Assembly (NCBI RefSeq): GCF_006345805.1
Contig: NW_021832084.1
Span: forward strand, 1 to 33,359
Source of the DNA: Octopus sinensis
Taxonomy: Eukaryota
Direction: 5' to 3'
Length of the DNA stretch: 33,359 nucleotides
Of the stretch, positions 11,475 through 21,810 are shown piece after piece. A program made the position numbers and the translations under genes. How positions within the stretch are numbered: the first letter of the stretch is position 1; the number at the start of each line of letters is the position of its first letter. The notes beneath the pieces are model-generated. The model saw only the letters and a program-made list of their open reading frames with translations. It had not been told where the DNA came from and made no database searches.

Positions 11475-11660
11475 GTGTGTGTGTTTGCGTTTTTACCCCA
11501 CCATCGCATAGCAACCAGATTTGTTTTCTTTACGCCCAAGTAACTTAGCAGTTCGTCAAACGGAACTAAGAGAATAACACCCTGGCTTTAAAAAATATAT
11601 CTTGGTGACGATCCATTCTCCTAAACTCTTTCATTGCGATGCTCCTTCATGGTCGTTGTT
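11236..11660 (+). mobile_element. tRNA-derived SINE family C, old near-full-length copy with internal (TA)n(TG)n
   Basis: Head GGCGAGCACGGAAATGTGGTAAGAAATCTGATTCCC...GAGTTCAATCC (B box, locally duplicated), TGGTAGGTAGAAATTGAAAGAAGCC, then a microsatellite, then a 3' part homologous to 5520-5645. Confidence 0.65.
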
Positions 11661-11949
11661 GGAATCCTTAAACAAATAAGAGAGCAAACTATATTTACAT
11701 TAGTATTAACAAAAGCAACAGCTAAAACCAAAGTAAGAAATTGTCGAATTAGTCCCAGATTCCCTTTAGTGGCTTTCGGTATCAACGTCAGCGATGCACG
11801 TTCCCACCTGAAGAAACAAAAGAAATGAATAACGGATGACAACAGTCTTTCAGTTACATCCATGTAATATACCAGTTTTCATTATATAATGACACACTTT
11901 ATATGACTGTACATTCGTGGTTTGTGTGCCAATACACATATACATATGT

Positions 11950-11950
11950 A

Positions 11951-12013
<63 letters not shown>

Positions 12014-12054
12014 ATATATATATATATATATATATCTAGCTAGCTATCTATTTA

Positions 12055-12112
<58 letters not shown>

Positions 12113-12120
12113 ACACACAC
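11950..12120. repeat. (TCTA)n(TA)n(CT)n(TA)n compound microsatellite
   Basis: Seen directly. Confidence 0.95.
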
Positions 12121-12384
12121 AGAGGGTGATAGATAGATAGGGAGAAAAATAGATAGAGAGAAAGAGATAAATTTAGATAGTTAGATAGAGATTGAGTGAG
12201 AGAGAGAAATATTTATATATATATGCTTTTATGTATTTCTGATAGCATTTCTATGTATGTCTTCCTGTATCAGTAAGTAGGAATTTGTCTACAGGAAATG
12301 TCAAGAAAGCATAAATGCCGGCTTTTGCGCATGGTCATCAATTTACTCATTGTGGAATTATACACACATACATACACATGACCA

Positions 12385-12463
12385 TATATATTCATATATA
12401 TATATATATATATATATATGCATGTGAAATATATAATTGTGTGTATGTATGTATATATGTATG

Positions 12464-12519
<56 letters not shown>

Positions 12520-12709
12520 TGTATATATATATAATATATATATATCCATATATATATATATGTGTGTATATATGTATGTATACGTATATATGTTATATAT
12601 AATATATGTGGTGTGTGTGTGGTGCGTTGTTTGTATGGATATATGTCTATATGTGTATGTCTATATATGTATGTATATATGTGTATATATACATATGTAT
12701 ATATGTATA

Positions 12710-12778
<69 letters not shown>

Positions 12779-12780
12779 AT
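12385..12780. repeat. Degenerate (TA)/(TG) low-complexity tract
   Basis: Seen directly. Confidence 0.9.
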
Positions 12781-14613
12781 GCAGATGTTAGATCAAACGT
12801 TTATATACATTCTGGCAGTGTTGTGTCTCTGTCTGTCTCAGTATGTGTGCGTGCGTATGCACGCATGTATTTGTATTTGTTCTCCGATATTTGATATAGA
12901 TGACATTGCATTTTTGTTTCTCTACCAAAATGCAATATAAAGTACTTACCCATAATATAATATCGATTCTTATTAAACTTCTATGCATACACATACAAAC
13001 ACGCACACAGACACACGCACATATGCAAATACGTATATACATACAGACATACATATATCGATATATCTAAATATATACAAAAGAAATATATTATATATAT
13101 GTATGAATATATGCCTACATAGGTATACGCATATACACGTGCATATAGGCGTACGGGCAGGTTGGTATGTATATATATACATAAATGTATGTGTGTGTGT
13201 CTGTGGCTATTCTTGTGCATACAAGTATATATGCAAACATATATACGTGTCATATATACAAATGTGATCTATATAAATGTAGACAGATACACACTCAAAC
13301 ACACACATACATAAATGTATATATATATATATATTATATATATATATACACATACATATATGTACCTCACTTATACTTAAAGCAATTTTTCTTGAACTAC
13401 CAATGCCAAGTACACTGACCATCGTAAACTTACAATCTCCATTTACGGTATCAAATTTCCTTTCTCCCTTTTACACTTTCTCATCTCTTTGATATAATAA
13501 AACATAAGATTGTAGTATCTCAAATCGATTATTTCCGTGTAATATTGAGATATCGCATACATATTAGATATTGCTGTATTTTTGTTGGACTTTTGATTGG
13601 TCATCTTGGTATCTACCCAATGCATTCCATTAGAAAATCAGCAATGAGACCTAAATATAACGGCTTATATTATCTTTGCGTACGACTTTACAGAAATTAC
13701 ATTTGTTTCCAATTCCATAATATCTCGCTTTTTAGACACCTTTCACAAATGCATCAAATACAAATGATACATTTTCTATTATTTTTGCAGTATAAATTCG
13801 CCAACATTTTTACCTACGCAAACAATTTCGTACAATAAAAAATATTTCACAATACATCATGTTTCTATATATCCCTATTAAAGAAAATAACAACGTTGTG
13901 TGATTTCGCTGAGCAGTCTTATAAATTTTCTCAAAAATTCATTCATAACAATTAAGCTCTGGTGGTAGCATAGATCATCTACATCAACCAGGACAACTTG
14001 CTTGTGGCTAGCAAGAAACAGCAAGTGCACCCCTTCTACGAGTGAAGACAACTTAGTACTCGCATCGCAGCACAACGTAGACGAAGCCTACAGATTAACC
14101 TTCTGTCTGCCAATGGGTCCAATGGACCCACTTCAGTTTTTTTCAGCTGCTTTTTCCTATTGTTTATATTGTTTGATTCTGCTGATTTCTCGTGACTCTT
14201 ATTTTTTCTTGACCCTCTTTTATTTGTCAAATGGGAAATTTTCCGTATATTTATAAAAGCTAAAAAATTTCACTTTATACATTAATATCAATTGGACTCG
14301 CGAATTTAATTCAGATAATACTCTTGTCATTCTAAACAGAATAAAAGCAGATATGAAATAGATAAAATTGTATTCAAATTATTTGCTGAATTTTAGACAA
14401 AATAAGAAAATTTATGAAAATATTCCCATAAATTTGTGTGGTATTGCATTACCTTCAGTCTGCTAGGTTATAGGGTGATGCAATATTTCTATGTCATGAC
14501 GCAATCCTAACAATATATAGTATCATCTTTCAGGAGAGTATAAATATGTGAGAGAAGAATATCTGACTTTGGTCTGATATCAAGTTTCATGTAGTTCAGT
14601 TGTGCTTTCCAGT

Positions 14614-15845
14614 ATGCTTGGACGCGAAAACTTAAGTGAAGACCAAATATCGAAAAGGTTATTAGAATTATGTGAAGATTAGGAAGAAGGTAATAGTGAT
14701 TCCGAACTGGCAGAAACATTAGCACGCCGGGCGAAATGCGTAGCCGTATTTCGTCTGCCGTTACGTTCTGGGTTCAAATTCCGCCGAGGTAGACTTTGCC
14801 TTTCATCATTTCGGGGTCGATAAGATAAGTACCAGTTACGCACTGGAGTCGATGTAATCGACTTAATCCGTCTGTATGTCCTTGTTTGTCTACTCTGTGT
14901 TTAGCCCCTTGTGGGTAAAAAAGAAATATATTTTCTCTGAAGATGATGGTGCAAGTGATTGTTGCTGGACAGTTTAGGTTCTCTGTCATCAGTTGATGAA
15001 GATACTCAAAAACAATTATCCGCAAGCCACCCAATTATGAATAAGCGATATGTTTCTAGAGACGGACAAGAAGTTTGGCATTCTAATCCTCTTACTGAAA
15101 CAGAAGTAAGAACTTCATCTTGCAATATTGTGCGCCAAGAATGTGGACCATCCTGTTTTGCTAAAACGACTTGTGATAGCATTGGAACATGTTATACGAT
15201 CTTTATGCGCCAGAATCTTCTTGAAGTAATTCGTAAATGGACAAATGTTGAAGGTCAGATGGTTTACAAAGATATATGGGAGGAATTTGGCCACTCTGAA
15301 CTAAAGAAATTTAGTAAATCTAAACATGAAAATGTCAAACAGTTATCGCGTTAAGAGGATGGCTGTCCAATAAACAATACAATTATCAGCTAGGGAAGAT
15401 TTCAACAGATTTTACACGTATTGCGTTTTGATGATGCTAGTGCAAGAAGAAAAAAGAGAAATGATTATAAATTGGAACTGATAAGAAAAGTATTTGAAAT
15501 GTGGAATCAGAATTTGCAAGATGGATATATTCCAAGTTCATGCATGACAGTTGGAGAATAATTAGTTTCTTTCAGAGGGTGCTGCTAATTCCAGGTACAT
15601 AGTTCATTAAAACCAAAACCAGGGAGATATGGAATTAAAATTTGCACAATATGCAACAGTGAAACATCTTATGTCTGGAAAATTAAGGTTCAAGATTCCT
15701 TGAAGACCTAGTAAAAGAGCTTGAAAATACTGGTCGCAATATAACTTGTGATAATTATTTTTACCAGGTTTAAGATTGTCTCAAATGTTTCTTAACAAGA
15801 AAACGACTTTATTTGAAACAATTAGAAAGAACAGAGTTGAAATTC
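14614..15845 (+). pseudogene. piggyBac (PGBD4-like, DDE_Tnp_1_7) transposase pseudogene
   Basis: MLGRENLSEDQISKRLLELCED*EEGNSDSE [SINE] ... YVSRDGQEVW...NIVRQECGP...IRKWTNVEG...ELKKF...GRFQQILHVLRFDD...IRKVFEMWNQNLQDGYIPSSCMTVGE*LVSFRGCC*F...KPGRYGIKICTICNSETSYVW ... GRNITCDNYF ... TLFETIRKNRVEI. In-frame stops at 15352, 15391, 15559 and 15586, plus frameshifts. Confidence 0.92.
14703..14928 (+). mobile_element. SINE family D, inserted in the piggyBac ORF
   Basis: CTGGCAGAAACATTAGCACGCCGGGCG...GGGTTCAAATTCC (B box)...GCCTTTCATCATTTCGGGGTCGATAAGATAAGTACCAG...TTTAGCCCCTTGTGGGTAAAAAAGAAATA. Closely similar to 18064-18296. Confidence 0.9.
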
Positions 15846-15859
15846 GAATTCCAAAAATG

Positions 15860-16096
15860 AACAAGACCATTCGCAACAATTAAGTAAACAACAAAAGCGG
15901 AAAACAATGCAGAATCCTTGTCCGGTACCGGAACGATTCCAAAATGTAATCGAGGCGTCTCAGTCAAGAGGCCAAACATCCCTGATAGTTTCAACCGAAT
16001 CCATCCAGTGATTCTTGAGATATCTTGTCCACGGTCAAACATACAAACAAACTCGCCTGAAAACAATACCACCGACTTCGCTAAAGCGGAGATAAT
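15860..16096 (+). mobile_element. Helitron/Helentron-type non-autonomous element, terminal part
   Basis: AGTTTCAACCGAATCCATCCAGTGATTCTTGAGATATCTTG...(CAAA)-like repeats...imperfect terminal hairpin CCGACTTCGCTAAAGCGG, then an A-rich run: the DINE-1/HINE-like layout, from recall. Confidence 0.55.
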
Positions 16097-16147
16097 AAAT
16101 AAAGAATCCCCAAACAACTACAGAAACATTTGTTCGACTCCAGACTG

Positions 16148-16245
16148 TAGTAGAAGGCACGTGATCAGAGGGCCACGCAGTGGGAATGAACCTGAAACCG
16201 TGTGACTAGGAAGCTGCTTTCTTACCACGGAGCCATGCCTGCACC
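16148..16245 (-). mobile_element. SINE family C, 5' (tRNA-like head) fragment
   Basis: Reverse complement GGTGCAGGCATGGCTCCGTGGTAAGAAAGCAGCTTCCTAGTCACACGGTTTCAGGTTCATTCCCACTGCGTGGC has A- and B-like boxes and is homologous to 11236 and 26381. Confidence 0.7.
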
Positions 16246-16326
16246 GAAATATATGTATAGATACATATAGCTACCGAATAATTGTCACATATTATATTTA
16301 TACACACACACATACAGAGACGCACA

Positions 16327-16359
<33 letters not shown>

Positions 16360-16365
16360 CTATAT

Positions 16366-16422
<57 letters not shown>

Positions 16423-16809
16423 TATAATCATAATATTAGGGAATGAATCCAAAATTACAGGGAAAAAATCAGATTTAGGGTTAAATCCAATTTTATAGTA
16501 AAATATCATATAATATAATTCGAGACAAAACCACTATTTTAAAACCAAACAAGGAAAAACTTAATCAATACATAAAATTTTAATGTAAATTAAATATATA
16601 TATAAATATATATATATATTATATATATATATATATGTATGTATATATATACTAATACAATTGTTTGTTTTTGTATTCCACCTGCCTTCGTCGTTTGTTT
16701 ATTTTCATAAAAGGCTTCCCGTTATATATATATATATACCGGAGTAAACACATAAATGTGAAACAAGGTGGAAAAAAGAGTACTCAAATACCAGTGGTAG
16801 AGTAATATG

Positions 16810-16913
16810 CTTTATTTAAGAGCAGCAGAAAAATTCAACAAATTTCAACGAACGGGAACGTGAAACTCAGAGTAACAGGTTTTGTTGAATTTTTCTGCTG
16901 CTTTTAAATAAAG
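16810..16913. repeat. Foldback inverted repeat (about 33-bp arms) with a partial hammerhead motif in the loop
   Basis: CTTTATTTAAGAGCAGCAGAAAAATTCAACAAA / TTTGTTGAATTTTTCTGCTGCTTTTAAATAAAG, one mismatch. Confidence 0.9.
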
Positions 16914-17251
16914 TATATATATATATATATTATATATATATATATATAGGAATAGATGTACTTATACATTGTATGTTCGCATATGTCTATAGCTATGTAC
17001 ATGTGTATGTGTGTGTGTCTGTATATACAATCATAACATATATGCATAGATTATATATATATATGTATAATATATTTACATACATATATATATATAACAT
17101 ATATGCATAATAATGTATATATATGTATATGTATGCATGTGTGTATGTTATATATGTACGTATGTATGTATATATGTGTATATAATTATATATCATGTAT
17201 ATATGTATATATGTACATATATATGTATATATACATGTGTGTGTATATATG

Positions 17252-17283
<32 letters not shown>

Positions 17284-17577
17284 ATTATATATATGTGTTA
17301 TATATATGTAATATGTATATATACATATGTGTGTGTGTGTGTGGGTGTATAAATATATATACGTCTACGTGCGCCTGTGTGAGTGTAACTGCGTGTGTCT
17401 GCGCCAGTTTGTAACGGGTGAACGCAACCAGGAATTACTTTATGATTGACAGTGGAAGTTTATTTAAAACCACTCAGGTTTTGAGTGTCAACACCAGATG
17501 GCGTTTTATGCATATATTCTCTAAAACTGTCTGCAGTAAATTTCTCTACCAACTTATCATCGTCATTGTCGTCGTCA

Positions 17578-17578
17578 C

Positions 17579-17630
<52 letters not shown>

Positions 17631-17665
17631 TTCATCATCACCATCATCACTATCCTCATCATCAA
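17578..17665. repeat. (CAT)n trinucleotide repeat
   Basis: Seen directly. Confidence 0.95.
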
Positions 17666-17754
17666 CACTATCATTGTCGTGGTAGCCGTTATTCTCGCCT
17701 TCATCATCAACATTATCGCTAAAATTAACGTTGTCGTCGTCGTCGTATATATTG

Positions 17755-17822
<68 letters not shown>

Positions 17823-17891
17823 GGTCCCAGGTTGATTCGGGGTTAACCACAGTCAATAAGGTACTCAATACATAGCAGAGTAAAATTAATT

Positions 17892-17989
17892 TATTATATA
17901 GAAGGAGCTTCTACAGGACTAGAACTGTTTCATTCAAGAGAAATCTTCAGAATGAACAGTTCTAGTCCTGTAGAAGCTCCTTCTATATA

Positions 17990-17992
<3 letters not shown>
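17892..17992. repeat. Foldback inverted repeat (about 43-bp arms, 14-nt loop) with a hammerhead core at the apex
   Basis: TATTATATAGAAGGAGCTTCTACAGGACTAGAACTGTTTCATTC / GAATGAACAGTTCTAGTCCTGTAGAAGCTCCTTCTATATAATA, one indel. Confidence 0.92.
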
Positions 17993-18062
<70 letters not shown>

Positions 18063-18063
18063 T

Positions 18064-18296
18064 AAGGAGGCGATCTGACAGAAATGTTAGCACGCCGGGC
18101 GAAATGCTTTGCATTATTTCGTTTGCCTCTACCTTCTGAGTTCAAATTCGGCCGAGGCCAACTTTGCCTTTCATCCTTTCGGGGTCGATAAATTAAGTAC
18201 CACTTACGCACTGGGGTCGATGTAATCGACTTAATCCGTTTGACTCTCCTTTTTTGTCTCCTCTGTGTTTAGCCCCTTGTGGGCAATAAAGAAATA
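18064..18296 (+). mobile_element. SINE family D, full length
   Basis: Colinear with 14703-14928. Ends GGGCAATAAAGAAATA. Confidence 0.9.
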
Positions 18297-18314
18297 ATAT
18301 ATATATATATATCG

Positions 18315-18500
18315 TTATATTTCGGAATGGTCATTTTGTCAGTTTAGCCAATAAAAACACACGCACTATATATTTGGTGTTATTTTGCTTCAGCGTTATT
18401 TATTTTTTACATTACATAACACTGAAGCAAAATAACACCAAATATATAGTGCGTGTGTTTTTATTGGCTAAACTGGCAAAATGACCATTCCGAAATATAA
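18315..18500. repeat. Long foldback inverted repeat (about 85-bp arms, about 16-nt loop)
   Basis: TTATATTTCGGAATGGTCATTTTG...TTTTGCTTCAGCGTTAT versus ATAACACTGAAGCAAAA...CAAAATGACCATTCCGAAATATAA, two mismatches by eye. Confidence 0.95.
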
Positions 18501-19707
18501 ACAATATCTGTTTCAACACACGACTTCACACAAAAAATCTTGCACAACAAATATTTAAATGTATATATATATATATATATATAATTGAAACAAAATCCAA
18601 ACACATTTCATTAAATACATTTAGTACAACTTTACCTCTTGCTTCGCAGTGATTGTGTAAAATGACAGAACAAGATGTTTCGCCATCGCCACCAACAAGA
18701 CCGATAACGGAATTAAATAATAAAAGAGGAAATTGTACCAAAATAACATAGAACTAAATTCAATACTCCAAAAATAGAAATGGAATCTAGAGATTAATAT
18801 TAATTATAATGACAGGGTATTATGTTAATTGTTCTGAATTCTTTTGAGAATATATTCCACTGTGATGATAATGACGATGATCTTTAATTTGTGATCAACG
18901 GAACTCAGGGATAAAAACAACTAAAACTAGACAATCCATTTAACACGTTTTTCAAAAAAATTCTTTCATTGATATTTCAATAATTATTTTGATCTATTAT
19001 TTCTTGTTTATGAATCTTTATATTTTTATTTCTGTCTCTTGATTACAGACATCTTTTCCATGTTTCAAATTAGCTGTAATTAACTATTAGATATTTCTGA
19101 ACATAACTATACGACTCGGGGGAATCGTAAATGAAATGGAGAAGTGAATTAACTCAAACACAAGTAAATCCGTTATACGGTGTTGTATAGTATAGAAGAA
19201 ATAGTCTACAAGAGGGCGATCCTCATCATAATTGTCACCGTATCAGAAAAATAGCATCATTTTAACTCTCTCTTCTCTTGCTGTAAGTGAAGCAACGAAA
19301 AATAGCATCTAATGGCAAACAAATGCTTTACCAAGATTTCTGGCATTTAAAGATACAGAATCGTAAACAACTTAATGATAAATTACGTGGGTTGATTACG
19401 ACCAGCAATACACTTTCCTCCAAATTGGGAGTCATGTGCGTATGAAGGAAATCAATATTTTGCAAAGCTAGGGACTGGGGGGTTAATAGAAAGTTTGGGG
19501 CAACATGCCTGCCTTCATTTTTTTTTTTTTTTTTGTCTTTCATCTTTGTTTCAAACATGTATGACTTCTAATTCTTAATTACATACAATTAACTGCTTGT
19601 CACAGGAGAATGGTAAATCTTATACAGAAATCAAATTATCTGAAACACTAGAGAATTCTATATAATAGGATGTGCATTATGTGACTAATATACAACTGAA
19701 GTGACAA

Positions 19708-19925
19708 GTGGATGTACGTCGCTTAGTGGCTAGTGTATCGGATCAGAAGATCGTGGTTTCCATTCCAGGACCGGGTGACGCGTTGTGTTCTTGAGCAAAT
19801 CACTTCATTACACGTTGCTCCAGTACACTCAGCTGGCAAAAATGAGGAATCCTGCTAGCCCAGCCGTCCCGTCCAAGTGGGGAATATATATACGTTAGGG
19901 AAACCAGGAAACTGGTCCTTATAAG
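19708..19925 (+). mobile_element. SINE family B (tRNA head plus CORE-like centre)
   Basis: GCTTAGTGG (A box), GGTTTCCATTCC (B box), GTTGTGTTCTTGAGCAAATCACTTCATTACACGTTGCTCCAG...AAAAATGAG, tail GAAACCAGGAAACTGGTCCTTATAAG. Confidence 0.8.
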
Positions 19926-19983
19926 TTTACTTCACTTCATTGATTTCAGTACAACGTATTTCTGTAGTGGGTATATAATATGC

Positions 19984-20365
19984 GGAGGCGCAATGGCCCA
20001 GTGGTTAGGGCAGCGGACTCGCGGTCATAGGATTGCGGTTTCGATTCCCAGACCGGGCGTTGTGAGTGTTTATTGAGCGAAAACATCTAAAGCTCCACGA
20101 GGCTCCGCAGGGGATGGTGGTGATCCCTGCTGTACTCTTTCACCACAACTTTCTCTCACTCTTACTTCCTGTTTCTGTTGTACCTGTATTTCAAAGGGCC
20201 GGTCTTGTCACTCTCTGTGTCATGCTGAATATCCCCGAGATCTACGTTAAGGGTACACGTTTCTGTGGAGTGCTCAGCCACTTTCACGTTAATTTCACGA
20301 GCAGGCTGTTCCGTTGATTCGGATCAACCGGAACCCTCGTCGTCGTAACCGACGGAGTGCTTCCA
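19984..20365 (+). mobile_element. tRNA(Arg)-like SINE family A (OR-type), full length with target-site duplication
   Basis: A box TGGCCCAGTGG (19994-20004), TCG at the anticodon-like position, B box GTTTCGATTCC (20038-20048). Flanked by ATATAATATGCGGA (19973-19986) and ATATAATATGTGGA (20365-20378). Confidence 0.92.
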
Positions 20366-20966
20366 TATAATATGTGGAAATTGACGATTTAAAAGTCTGT
20401 TATCGGCATATTGACATAGAAATAATTTGCTTTTGCCCTTGTTTAAAAGTTCTTTATGATTTTAACCTAATGGAGTTGCATGCACCCTCACCTTAAAGTC
20501 AGGTTTTCAAGATTGTAAATGTTTTTCGATAAATTCTGTTTGCCTTACATCGATTGATTCTATTCTAATCGGATTAAAAGTAAATAATACGTTATCCATT
20601 TAAAACATAATATATCAGAAGAAGCGCTATATTTTATATTCTATATTAATATCTGAACATAACTATATCCATTATTTAAGCACGATTACACCAAATATTA
20701 TTTTATACGCTAATTGTGTGAATTTCTGTGCTTGGGAGTTCAACTCATGTTTACCTATATCTCTGGTAGGAATATTTCTATGGAAAAGTCAAGTATCAAA
20801 CATAGGTCATTTATTTTCTTACGATCGTTCACAAGATATAAACACGTGGTGTTTAGATGAGTTCTCGAACACGTCCTTCCATATATGTATGTGTGAGTTT
20901 GTGCGTGTATGTATGTGTGTCTATGCATGTGTGAGTATCAATGTATGTGTGTATATACATATACAT

Positions 20967-21006
<40 letters not shown>

Positions 21007-21607
21007 GTATGTATATATATGTATATAGATATATATCTATATGGGCATATATGCATATATATGTATGTATATACGTATATATATATATATATGTGTGTGT
21101 ATGCATTTATATAAGTATATATGTGTATATGTATATATATATATGTGTATATACATATATACATGTGTGTGTGTTATTATTGCTCCAAAATTATTATTTT
21201 TAGTTTTAACATGATTTCCGCACACGGATTTATATAAAAGATATGTATTCTTTGCACCTATGTTGCATTAATATGTAGTTAATTTCTCAAAGTTAATTCT
21301 CAGTTATGTTTTAACTTTATATTTCTCGAAATTTGTAAAATATTTACCTCCAAACTTCAATGTGTTTGCATTCATAATAATTCTAAATATTTCACTATAC
21401 ATTCTGGTTGAAATACCAGGGTGTAAATCTAAAGGGAAAACCTATTTAGAATGGTCTTTGTTATTTCACACGTGCAGTAAGAACCGTGCCTCTTTTTACG
21501 CAAATGTTTTGCTTACAAAAACGAACCTGTCTAAAAGAGATAAGGAATATATACTTATAATATTTATCATATTATCATATTTTCAACTGCAGCATCATGT
21601 TCATCAA

Positions 21608-21609
21608 AC

Positions 21610-21662
<53 letters not shown>

Positions 21663-21663
21663 T

Positions 21664-21704
<41 letters not shown>

Positions 21705-21720
21705 TATATATATATATATA

Positions 21721-21778
<58 letters not shown>

Positions 21779-21810
21779 TTATATATATATATATATATAT
21801 ATGTATATAA
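21608..21810. repeat. Long interrupted (TA)n
   Basis: Seen directly. Confidence 0.95.

Larger units (their letters stand above)
14099..15845 (+). mobile_element. piggyBac DNA transposon remnant (left end plus partial transposase, 3' truncated)
   Basis: TTAA at 14095-14098 followed by CCTTCTGTCTGCCAA and the perfect palindrome TGGGTCCA-A-TGGACCCA (14114-14130), with a piggyBac transposase pseudogene downstream. No right TIR found. Confidence 0.75.

Noticed and set aside
13925-14098. QKFIHNN*...IYINQDNLLVASKKQQVH, resembling Ty3/gypsy RT around YxDD
   Set aside because: The catalytic YxDD is absent and the similarity is too weak to call by eye.
15918-16205. 95-aa ORF as a continuation of the transposase
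   Set aside because: It lacks piggyBac motifs and spans a Helitron-like piece and a SINE head.
16810-18500. Foldbacks as pre-miRNAs or intrinsic terminators
   Set aside because: The arms are near-perfect and repeat-derived, I recognised no known mature miRNA, and the context is eukaryotic.
19984-20060. tRNA-Arg-like sequence as a real tRNA gene
   Set aside because: No proper acceptor stem or terminator. It continues into a SINE body, has paralogues at 26554 and 26763, and is flanked by a TSD.
21608-21810. Phase shifts (TATTAT/ATAATA) in TA arrays as a coded pattern
   Set aside because: The spacing is irregular. Best explained by slippage or sequencing/assembly indels.
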